Below are positions 1 through 10,940 of a stretch of DNA of 64,000 bases, piece by piece. The position numbers were made by a program, and so were the translations under genes. Every line of letters starts with the position of its first letter. The first letter of the stretch is position 1. The stretch comes from the human T2T-CHM13v2.0 reference genome, Homo sapiens. Below the pieces are notes generated by a model that had not been told where the DNA came from, made no database searches, and saw only the letters and a list, made by a program, of their open reading frames with translations. The stretch lies in assembly GCF_009914755.1 (NCBI RefSeq), contig NC_060927.1. The stretch is one strand, 5' to 3'.

Positions 1-328
1 GAATGTGTCCCAGTAAGAAATACTTTGAGCTACATAAAGAGTTGGGTAAAAAGAAAGCCATCATGAATTGAACACCAACTATACACCCACCACTTTCTTT
101 GACATCTTATATATGTATCATTTAGTGAGAAACAAAATTACTTAGAAGTTAAAATCAAATGCAAAATGAAAGTCACTGGCTAAAATTCTCTACCATGGAC
201 AGAGCCAATCTGGGCCTCCTTGTATATTGTTCTTGAAGGACCTTGGATAAGTTAAAATTAAATGAAATATTGGACATTATCAACAAGGCATTCTCTTAGA
301 ATGATATGTGTCTTGCATGTTGCCAGAT

Positions 329-917
329 TGTGATGATAATTTTATATGTCAACTTAACTAAGAAAAGGAATGCCCAGATAGCTGATAAAATGTTATTTTT
401 GGGTGTGTGTGTGAGGGTGTTTCCAGAGAAGATCAGTATTTTACTCAGTAGACTGAGTAAACACAGTTCTCCCTCACCAATGTGGGCAGCCATCATCTTA
501 TCCATCGAGGGTCCAAATGGAACAAAAAGGTAGAGGAAGGGCCAATTATTTCTCTCTCTTCTTGAGTTGGGATAGCCATGTTCTCCTGCCCTTGGACATC
601 AGAGCCCCTGGTTCTTGGGCCTTTGAACTCAGAGACTCACCCCAGAGCTGCCTCTCATCCATCCCCTACTGCTCCTCCCTGGTTCTCAGGCTTTTGGCCT
701 TGGACAGGCAGTTACACCATTAGCTCCCTTAACTCTCAAACCTTTGGACTTTGGCTGAATTACACTATTGGCTTTCCTGGTTTTCCAGCATAGAGACAGC
801 ATATCTTAAAATTTCCTGGACTCCATAACCGTTGTGAGCCAATTCTCATAATAAATCTCCTCTTATATTTCTGTTATCCCATTGGTTACGTTTCCCTGAA
901 GAACACTGATTAATATA
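329..917 (+). mobile_element. MLT2-family solo LTR (HERV-L; MLT2B/D-like)
   Basis: Starts TGTGATGATAATTTTATATGTCAACTT, contains TGCCCAGATAGCTG and GTGAGGGTGTTTCCAGAG; AATAAA near 850; ends CTGATTAATATA. Matches recalled MLT2 consensus. Confidence 0.85.
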
Positions 918-954
918 CTGACCTTCACTCTTTACATTTGTATACTAAAATATT

Positions 955-1657
955 GTAACTCAATTTTGAAGCTAACCACCTGGAGTTAGTGTTAGACTCC
1001 CCATAGATTAAAAGACACGATCCCCAACGAGACTGCCCTCACTTCAGATGTGAACAGCAAGTTAGAGGGTCCCCAGGCTACCTGTACTTTTGATCAACTG
1101 GCTACAAAACTGGGATGTTCCCATGTCCCCTCCCCCAGCTTTAATACTATTTAATACTTTAATGCTAGAATGACTCACAGTATTCAGGAAGGTGTCATAA
1201 TTACAGTTTTATTTTAAAGGATACAATGTAGGACTAGCTAGAGGGAGAGACACATAGATGAGGTCTTCGAGTGTCAAATATTCAGAACTTCTATGCACTT
1301 TTCTCATGGGATCAGAGCACATCACCCACTCAGGACGTCAGTGTGTTCATCAGCCATGAAGTTCCAGTAAGCTTTGGTGTCCAGGGTTTTTACTGGGTTT
1401 TCATTACATAGGCAAGTGGATTGAACCAAATCTCTAGCCACTTCTAGCTTCCCAAGCTCAAAGCCTCTCTAATCACATGGTTGCCTTTTTTTGGTAACCA
1501 GTCCCTAACCTGAATCATCTGCTTTGCATAAACTCAAGTGTGATCCAAGGCACACATGAATAACAAAGAAACTCCTATCACTTGGGAAATTTCAAGGATT
1601 CAGAGTCTCGCCTTCAGGAACCAGGGGCAAAGGCCAGCCATATTCTTCTTATATGAT
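955..1657 (-). mobile_element. MER21-family LTR (MER21C-like, ERVL)
   Basis: ATGAATAACAAAGAAACTCCTATCACTTGGGAAATTTCAAGG...CAGGAACCAGGGGCAAAGGCCA is the reverse complement of the MER21 5' end; GACTGCCCTCACTTCAGATG is an internal motif. Confidence 0.8.
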
Positions 1658-1785
1658 GTATACTTAAATTTACATATATGCATAAATGTATGTGTATCAA
1701 TTATATATGTATTATATTGTGATATATACACTATATATAATATATAAATGCATGTATATATAAATGTATATGTACAAATAAACAT
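1658..1785. repeat. (TA)n/(TATG)n-rich low-complexity tract
   Basis: Alternating TA/TG purine-pyrimidine runs. Confidence 0.7.
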
Positions 1786-1834
1786 AAAGCCATCTAATGT
1801 CCATGTGTTTTTGTATCTCCTTCATGTACCTATA

Positions 1835-3970
1835 CAGCAGTCCCCTCTTTCCTGCAATGGTTATGTGCTAAGACCCCCAGAGGGTGCCTAAAACTGGATA
1901 TAGTATTAAACACTGTATATACTGGATACAGTATTAAACACTGTATAAACTGGATACAGTATTAAACACTGTATATACTGGATACAGTATTAAACACTGT
2001 ATATACTGGATACAGTATTAAACACTGTATAAAATGGATATAGTATTAAACACTGTATAAACTGGATATAGTATTAAACACTGTATAAACTGGATATAGT
2101 ATTAAACACTGTATATACTGGATATAGTATTAAACACTGTATAAAATGGATATAGTATTAAACACTGTATATACTGGATATAGTATTAAACACTGTATAA
2201 ACTGGATATAGTATTAAACACTGTATAAACTGGATATAGTATTAAACACTGTATATACTGGATATAGTATTAAACACTGTATAAAATGGATATAGTATTA
2301 AACACTGTATATACTGGATATAGTATTAAACACTGTATAAACTGGATATAGTATTAAACACTGTATAAACTGGATATAGTATTAAACACTGTATATACTG
2401 GATATAGTATTAAACACTGTATAAAATGGATATAGTATTAAACACTGTATATACTGGATATAGTATTAAACACTGTATAAACTGGATATAGTATTAAACA
2501 CTGTATAAACTGGATATAGTATTAAACACTGTATAAACTGGATATAGTATTAAACACTGTATATACTGGATATAGTATTAAACACTGTATAAAATGGATA
2601 TAGTATTAAACACTGTATATACTGGATATAGTATTAAACACTGTATAAACTGGATATAGTATTAAACACTGTATAAACTGGATATAGTATTAAACACTGT
2701 ATATACTGGATATAGTATTAAACACTGTATAAAATGGATATAGTATTAAACACTGTATATACTGGATATAGTATTAAACACTGTATAAACTGGATATAGT
2801 ATTAAACACTGTATAAACTGGATATAGTATTAAACACTGTATATACTGGATATAGTATTAAACACTGTATAAAATGGATATAGTATTAAACACTGTATAT
2901 ACTGGATATAGTATTAAACACTGTATAAACTGGATATAGTATTAAACACTGTATAAACTGGATATAGTATTAAACACTGTATATACTGGATATAGTATTA
3001 AACACTGTATAAAATGGATATAGTATTAAACACTGTATAAACTGGATATAGTATTAAACACTGTATAAACTGGATACAGTATTAAACACTGTATATACTG
3101 GATACAGTATTAAACACTGTATAAACTGGATACAGTATTAAACACTGTATAAACTGGATATAGTATTAAACACTGTATATACTGGATATAGTATTAAACA
3201 CTGTATATACTGGATATAGTATTAAACACTGTATATACTGGATATAGTATTAAACACTGTATATACTGGATATAGTATTAAACACTGTATATACTGGATA
3301 TAGTATTAAACACTGTATAAACTGGATATAGTATTAAACACTGTATATACTGGATATAGTATTAAACACTGTATATACTGGATATAGTATTAAACACTGT
3401 ATATACTGGATATAGTATTAAACACTGTATATACTGGATATAGTATTAAACACTGTATATACTATGCACTATTTTTTCTTCTTCTTTATATTTTCTTGGA
3501 TAGATTTTTTCTTCACATACATCTTAGCAACTGTAGCATACGATTTTTTTTCTTGTCAAGAATTTTTACCTTTTTACTTTAAGGAAGCACTTTAAGGATT
3601 CTATTTGGCATATTCAAATTGACAGCATTACAACTCTTGCACTTTGGGGCCATTATTAAGTCAAATAAGAGTTACTTGAACACAAGCACTGTGATAATGA
3701 GACAGTCAGTCTGATAACTGACACAGCTACTAACTCTCCAGTGTCAGGTAGAGTATACAGTGGGGATGTGCTGGACAAAGGGAGGATTCAAATCCCAGGC
3801 AGAAGGACCTGGATGGTTGGAGATTTCATCATGCTACTCAAAATGGCACACAATTTAAATCTTTTAAATAGTTTATATTTGAAATTTTCTATTTAATATT
3901 TTTAGACCATGGCTGACTGCAGGTAACTGAAACTGCAGAAAGTGAAACTATGAATAAGGGGACACTACTG
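1835..3970. mobile_element. MER44 (Tigger7-derived MITE, MER44B-like) interrupted by a tandem repeat expansion
   Basis: Termini CAGCAGTCCCCTCTT and ATAAGGGGACACTACTG flanked by TA at 1833-1834 and 3971-3972. Decayed transposase N-terminus on the minus strand from 3653 (MAPKCKSCNAVNLNMPNRILKVLP*SKKVKILD). About 596 bp remains after removing 55 extra repeat units. Confidence 0.88.
1893..3460. repeat. Minisatellite/VNTR: 56 copies of a 28-bp unit, consensus A(C/A)TGGATA(T/C)AGTATTAAACACTGTATA(T/A)
   Basis: 1568 bp = 56 x 28 with no indels; only unit positions 2, 9 and 28 vary. Confidence 0.98.
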
Positions 3971-4094
3971 TATATAAAACTTGACCCTAGTAATAAATTA
4001 TCAGGAAGAATAAAAAAGAAAGCAGTGAAGTTATCAAAGAAGAAACAAGCCTAATCAACAAACACAAATAGTACTACAATTTTTCCATCAGCTG

Positions 4095-4706
4095 GAACAA
4101 ATGCTAGGCAGTGTTTCAACAGTCCCACTCCATCCAAATTCAGTTATTTGCTAGAAGGACCCAGAATACCCAAAAGCAGTTTGTTCTCATGGCTAAAGTT
4201 TATTATAACAAATTATACGGAGTAACAATGGTAGGGAAAACATATGCATCAGGCAGATTCCATAGATGTTGGGAATAGGTTTAGAGTCCTTCTTCATCTC
4301 AGGCCACACAGAACAGGCTTTTTCTCCAACAGCCATGGGAAGATTCCCTGGAATGTCTCTGCCCAGGGAAGCCCAGTGAAGTGTCAGGGCCTGAAATGTT
4401 CACGGAGGCTGGTCACATTAGTACACTCTTCTGTGCCACCAGAGAGGGCGACTGAAACTCAGGACTCCAATAATAAAATCAGGTTCATGTCATCAATTTT
4501 GATGTTTGTGCAAAGCAATTCTGTCGAGTTAGTATGGCATGGTCTATTGCTTCAGATATATACAGCAAAATCATAAATCATTAACATAAAGAATCTTCCA
4601 CATACTATCTTCCCAGGGTTTTGCCATGGTTAATTATGGTTCTAGGTTCCAATGGCGACATGCAAGGAGCAAGCTACCAGATTTTCTGTGTTAACTCCTC
4701 AGAAAG
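4095..4706 (-). mobile_element. ERVL LTR, MER76-like (MER68/76/77 group)
   Basis: Reverse complement begins GAGTTAACACAGAAAATCTGGTAGCTTGCTCCTTGCATG; internal GTCTCTGCCCAGGGAAGCCC and GGCTGGTCACA motifs. Confidence 0.65.
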
Positions 4707-4999
4707 AATTAACACTATTGCAACCTATGAACTCCTGAAATGCGTAGACAGCATGAAAGCCCTAAAATTCTAAGCAGGTGAGATCGAAAATCTAGCTGGA
4801 TTTGAACAAGATAGGGACCAATATATGAAGGTAAGTGTCTCACATCATTAATAAGAGAAACTGGAATAAATTAGCCTCTAAAGAAGACATGAAGAAAAAT
4901 CAACCCATGATCTCCTCTTAGTTGATGAATTACACACAGTTTCAACCAATGCAATAAATTCTTTTGCTCTTGTTATTCTGAAGGATTGTATAGCAAGCT

Positions 5000-5560
5000 C
5001 TCTTGCTACCTCGCTTTAAAAACTCCGGTGGTCTCCATTACACCTTGATTACTGGCAATCCAATGCTGCATAATTTTCCTTCAGCCTCTCCCTCTAACAT
5101 TTTTTAGTGTCCCTGTTACCCTCACTGACTACATCCTGCCTCACTACCTTCTCTCAGCTTCCCACACATGCCAAGCTTGTTTCCCACCGAGGTGCCCACG
5201 GGATAACTCTTCTCTTTGCCCTTCTTTATGGCCTTTTCTTGGTTGGCCTCTCCTTATCTCAAAGATTTCAACTAAAATACCACTTCTGAGAAATCTTCTC
5301 TAATAACTCAGTCAAAAGTAGCCCCATTTCTAAAGCTTTCTCTATCATTTTACCCAGTTTTATTTACTTTTGTGCCTGAAAGTCACCTAACACTTCCTCA
5401 CTTTACATATGTCTATTTATTTATTTATTTATTTATTTATTTTATGACTAAAATGTAAGCTCTCTGTGAGCAGATACTTTGTCTAAGCTGCTTCCCACTT
5501 TAATTCCTATTGCCAGCATTTGGCTCAGAATAGGTGTTCTGTAAATATATGTTGAAATAA
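5000..5560 (+). mobile_element. L2 3' end with (TTTA)n at about 5415-5445
   Basis: ACTAAAATGTAAGCTCTCTGTGAGCAG...TAGGTGTTCTGTAAATATATGTTGAA, typical L2 terminus. Confidence 0.65.
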
Positions 5561-5981
5561 CAAATTAAGAGTCCTGTAAAGTCTGATTTTAAAGTTGATT
5601 GTAAGGTCTCTAGCCCAGGGCTACTGAGAGCATTTTAGTCCATGTATCAGACTTATCCCATAATCTGAGTGATTCCAAGTGTCATAATGAGATAATTGAA
5701 TCGATGTGGCTCAACAAGTGGTCCACAGAACAATTGAATTAGAATTACATGTTGTCTGGATAAAAATGGAATTATACGAATTGTTCTTCCTGAAATTTTT
5801 ATTTAGTACCTTAAACTGCAGCTCAGAAGTTTGCATTTTAATGTGTTTTTCAGTGATTCTTAAGTTCACTAAAACAGAAGCTCTGACTAAAATCACAGTG
5901 ATGATTGTCTATAGGGGCAGTGGCACAGTAAGTAAACTGCCTAGGATGCATAACATCTAAATATATGACAGTTTTTGGTTA

Positions 5982-6407
5982 TGGCAATCAAAATAACAAA
6001 CAGAAGGAGATTCTTCAAAAATAAGTTTATTCAGGAACGAGCATTGCAATAGGAATACGCATGGGTGTTTTCAGGGAGGCAAAAGAAGATAAGGATTTTT
6101 AAAGGTAAAATGATGAGGGCCACATAAGTGTTTCTGAAATAGTTATCCCTGGCTACAAGCATGAATAACCAGGATTGCCTCAGTCTAAGGCAGGACAGGC
6201 AGTTGCTGGGCAGATGTCCTTGCAGAAGTATTTTTTATGTCGGTTTGCAGTGGCCTTGTGCACAGTCGTGGTTTTGGCAGAATCTTTCATGATAGCTCTT
6301 GTTATCAGGCAATCATGTGTGAGAACCCTCCCTTCATGGCCTTCTTAGACACCATTTTGTCAGGATTTGACCCAAGTGACTCCATTTTAATTCTGACAAG
6401 TTTCACA
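5982..6407 (-). mobile_element. MER65 solo LTR (ERV1)
   Basis: Reverse complement starts TGTGAAACTTGTCAGAATTAAAATGGAGTCACTTG; plus strand has GGACAGGCAGTTGCTGGGCAGATGTCCTTGCAGAAGTA. Confidence 0.85.
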
Positions 6408-6484
6408 GCTCTGAGCGAGAATGACCATGAAGCGGATCTTTTTTTTTTTTTTTTAAAGTATTACTTGATTTTTGAAGGTCATAG

Positions 6485-7590
6485 GGCGCAGTGTAGTCCT
6501 GCCTCTGACTCTTACTAGATGTGAAAAGTTGAATTTTTAAGCATTCTAAATTCCAATTTCATCTTCTGTGTAGCAAGAGTAGAAATATCTAACTTGCAGC
6601 ATACTATTTTTTAATTTTTTTTAACTTTTAAGTGCAGGGGTACATATACAGCTTTGTTACATAGGTAAATTTGTGCCACAGGGGTTTGTTGTGCAGATTA
6701 TTTTGTCACCCAGATATTAAGCCAAGTATTTATTGGTTATCTTTCCTGATCCTCTCCCTCCTTGTACCTAGGCCTCAGTGTGTGTTGTTCTCCTCAATGT
6801 GCCCATGTGTTCTCATCATTTAGTTCCCATTTATAAGCGTGAACATGCGGTATTTGGTATTCTGTTTCTGTGTTAGTTAGGATAATGGCCTCCAGCTCCA
6901 TTCATGTTCCTGCAAAGGACATGATCTTGTTCTTTTTTATGGATGCATAGTATTCCATGGTGTGTATGTACCAAATTTTCTTTCTCCAGTCTACTATTCG
7001 TGGTCATTTAGGTTGATTCTGTGTCTTTGCTATTGTGAATAGTGCTACAATGAACATACATATGCATGTGTCTTTATGATGGAATAATTTATATTCCTTT
7101 GGATATATAGCCAGTATTGGGATTACTGGGTTGAATGGTAGTTCTGCTTTTAGCTCTTTGAGGAATTGCCATATTGTTTTCCACAAAGGTTGAACTAATT
7201 TATACTCTTGCCAACAGTGTATAAGAATTCTTTTTTTCTTTGCAACCTCACCAGCATCTGTTATATTTTGACTTTTTAATAATAGCCATTCTGACTGGTG
7301 TGAGATGGTATCTCATTGTGGTTTTGATTTGTATTTCTCTAATGATCAGTGATGTTGAGCTTTTTTCATATGCTTGTTGGCCACATGTATGTTGTCTTTT
7401 GAAAAGTGTCTGTTCATGTCCTTTGCCCACTTTTTAATGTAATAGTTTGTTTTTTTCTTGTAAATTTGTTAAGCTCCTTATAGATGCTGGATATTAGAAC
7501 TTTGGCAGATGCATAGTTTACTTGCAGCATATTTTAAAAGATAAATGAGATAATGCAAAAGACTTAGCACAATGCCTAATAAAAAGTAGC
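6485..7590 (+). mobile_element. MIR split by an L1PA insertion (pieces about 6485-6603 and 7520-7590)
   Basis: MIR core before the L1; ATAAATGAGATAATGCAAAAGACTTAGCACAATGCCT after it. Confidence 0.6.
6604..7519 (-). mobile_element. 5'-truncated L1PA (about L1PA13-15), ORF2 C-terminus plus 3' UTR
   Basis: Minus-strand frames MWKTIWQFLKEL and [17 protein letters not shown] are L1 ORF2p motifs; TSD ACTTGCAGCATA at 6592-6603 and 7520-7531. Confidence 0.92.
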
Positions 7591-7879
7591 TTGTGGAATG
7601 GTAATTTTAAAATGACAAGGTTTTGTTAGTATGATTTCAAGTGGGCAGAAACCAAAGACCTTCTAAATAGGCTTACTAAGTAGACAGAAAGCTCAGGGGA
7701 AATGATACAAATAAAGACAGAAGCTCTCCCATTGCTTGCAAAACACACGTGAGGGCTTTTATACTGAGGGCAACATAACTATTCAGACTTCTTATCTGGC
7801 TGTCTTTCTTATTAGACTTTCTTATGTTACTTTATTCTTATTATTTATGAATACTAACATCATTTGGGTCAAAAACCAC

Positions 7880-8056
7880 ACCTTTGTGGTGTCCATTTCA
7901 TAGTACTTATCACATTGTACTGCAGAATCTTTCACCCTCACTAAACATCCTAAGGTAGAGAAGTTGTCCATTTGTGTTTATATCTACAGCATGTGTTACA
8001 GTGTTTGACACATACTAGATATACACTACAAATTTGTTAAATGAAGAATGAATAAT
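7880..8056 (+). mobile_element. L2 3' end fragment
   Basis: CAGTGTTTGACACATA...AAATTTGTTAAATGAAGAATGAAT tail. Confidence 0.55.
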
Positions 8057-9689
8057 GCTCAAAGAAACATTTGGTCTGGACTGTCTTCTGATCTGACTGG
8101 GGACTCCACTAGAAAGCCATGTTCTTGAGAAATTAGTAATGATAGCCTTTCTTTTTCATTTTAGGAGGTTTCATCCTCTCAGGATTAAACTCCTTCCAAA
8201 TTAAGAATAATGACTTAAACCCATGATAAGAACTTAATGTAAGTCACTTTTCTCTACCCTAGAAGTAAATACTTTTAAATTCAGAAATCCACCAGGCATT
8301 TTTCCATGCACTGATGAGTGCCATGATAGTAAATTAAATAGCAGAAATAGCTGCCTTCATGGATCTATCATTTTAGAAACAAAAGAAAGGACATTGTGTT
8401 CTTAGAACCAGCTCATCTTTCTTTCTGCCTCATTCCCTACCTCTCTCTCTATCTTTATAGTAGTTGAAAATGCCAAAATGTAGGATTACATTTTGTCCTT
8501 TAGACATTCTCAACATTTGAAACTTGTATGTAAGAAACAAGTGAAGAAATGATCATTAAAAGAAGAGAGAAAATATTGAGTAACCTTTGTTTAAATTTCC
8601 ACAAAGCCTCAGGTTTCATTGCAATATAAAAGCCACTGAAGTAATGCTTGTTTGATTTGCTTAGCAGGAGCACAACACGAAAATTCCTTGAGCAGGGAAG
8701 ACAGCTGGTTTGCCAAATCTGCACATTTGGCTGTACAACTGGCTCTATTGGTAGCTTCAGGCTAGCAATATTTTTTACTGACAATTTACATGCTGCTCCA
8801 GCCCAAGGTATCTGAAATGAAGTCTTTGCATAAACACAGTTAGAAAAGAACTTGGCTCCCAACCCTGGTCAGAACTCTGCTTTAAAAAAGGAATTCACAC
8901 TGATCCATGGTAATGTGATAAGGTTGAGCCTTTTCAGCAGAGATTTGCTATGCAAGGCCCCTTGTTTTATATGGCATTATGTAAAACATAATGTCAATAA
9001 TCCATATTGTCTGTCTTAATACCATTATTCACATAACAGTATTGTGCCTACCTCAGCCGCTTTGTAATCCGGGAACCCCACACGCACATTAAAACAGAGA
9101 TAACTGTGGAGGAACACGGTTGCATACAAGTTGTGTTGTTCTGGCAGGGAGTTACTCCTCTGCTCCTCTCAGAAAAAGCATTTTAATTCCTTGGGATTTT
9201 TTTTTAAGATTAAATAACATCATTTTCTGGGATCTCCAAATTTCCAGCTGCTTATAAGGCTGATTTCATCAAACTAATTAAAATTTCTTTGTGGCTAATC
9301 ACTTTAGGGCTTAGTTAACTTCTGGAGAATACATGAATATAATTGTAATTTTATCTGATTTTACTCTAACATGGAATTAAATAAGCATATTTTAAACCAT
9401 ATATAAGAATGGTATATGCTGTCTTAGGGCTTGCATTCCATTTTGTTGAACAATTGATTATCCATATTATCCTTAGGTCCCAGGGTACAATGTGTAAATA
9501 CATCACAGCAAGATATAAAGTGAACTAGAAAAATAATTGAATTACATAGAAATTCTCTAGGGTGGTAGCAATCTATTATATCCATTAAAATTCAGAGATT
9601 GTTAAAGCAATCCGAATTATCAAAACTATCTTTAAATTGGGAGAATAGCAAATTGTTTTGGGGGAGGTTCTGATACCAAAGATTTTATC

Positions 9690-10940
9690 ATTTATAAAAA
9701 CTTGGAACAATCACAGACCTAAATAAAAATTAGAAGTACAGTAACAGAACTTTCTCCTGAACCATTTGAGGGTAAATTGCCAACCAAATGCCATGTTACC
9801 ACCTAGTAGCCTATAAACAAAGACATTCCCTCCATCACCTCAGCACACCCATCAGAGTCAGGAAATTAGAACTGAAAAATTACTGCCATCTAGTCCTCAG
9901 ATCTCATTCAAGTTTCATCAATTGTCTCAATATTGCCCTTTATAGCTAAAGGATCCAATTCAGAATCACAAGCTGCATTTAGCTGTGATGTGTCTTTAAT
10001 ATCATTGAGTTTGACCTTGACACTTTTGAAGATCACAGCCTGGTTATTTTTAAAACCATCCTTCAATCTGAGTTCATGCAATGGTGCTTCATGGTTAGAT
10101 TTAGATGATGTGTCTTTAGAAAGAGTATCACTGAAGTGATGCTGTGTTCTTCTCATTGAATCCTGACATACGTTGTGATTTCCATGGGTTTATTTCTATT
10201 TGTTCATTTTGGCCACTTGATTTAGTTGGTGCCTTCCAATTTTCCCCAATGTAAAGTTACTTTTTCCCCTTATAATTAATATTTATTTTATTGGGAGATA
10301 CTTAAAATTGTATAAATAGCTCATTCTTCATAAAACTTTCAATGAATTCTTTTACTTACATTTGCATGGACTCATGTTTCCTGTTTTATCCAATTGTTTA
10401 AAATCTATTGCTATGCTCATTTATTTTCATGCTATATGGTCTCAGATTTGGCCAATGAGAATTCCTTCTGTCTGGCTTCTTTACCCTCTTGACCATGTTT
10501 TTTTTAGTGCTTTCATATTTTCTGGCATAATGAGATGTTTTAGGATTACTTTGCACTTTCCCTTTCTCAGCCATGGATTTAACCATTTCTTCATGGAGCT
10601 CCAGAATGATATTTGGAAGCCAAGATCTGTGTGCTAAATGTGCTTATTGGTATTGGAGTGTTCCCATTTGCAGGCCCTTGAGTGAAAACAGCTATGCAAT
10701 ACACGAATGCATACACAAAATACATTCATGTTTTTATCTACATTTATTCGCATCTCTGTCACATATACATTGAAAAACATGAGTTCACAGCAATACCTGT
10801 AATTTCAATCCAACATCCTAGAGTTCCATCTAGTTTTTCCCCTTTCCATATTTGTATATCCATGTCTCTGATAGTGAGAAAACTATATCCCATTATTTTT
10901 AATTGATTTGCTTATTTGATCAATCCCTCTGCATCTAATA
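9690..10940 (-). mobile_element. Old L1 3' UTR (L1MC4/5-like)
   Basis: CCTGAACCATTTGAGGGTAAATTGC, GCATTTAGCTGTGATGTGTCTTTA, TTGACACTTTTGAAGA and AAGCCAAGATCTG motifs of L1MC 3' ends. Confidence 0.8.

Noticed and set aside
1893-3460. CRISPR-like array (28-bp palindromic repeats)
   Set aside because: Units are head-to-tail with no unique spacers, there are no cas genes, and the context is a primate MER44 transposon.
7004-7430. ORFs resembling reverse-transcriptase protein C-terminus (also 57994-58227)
   Set aside because: They are frameshifted, 5'-truncated L1 ORF2 remnants.
8500-8862. 120-aa ORF in unique DNA (likewise 34668-35024, 62544-62906, 62903-63241)
   Set aside because: No recognisable domain, composition mirrors AT-rich DNA, and such lengths are expected by chance in 64 kb with alternative starts.
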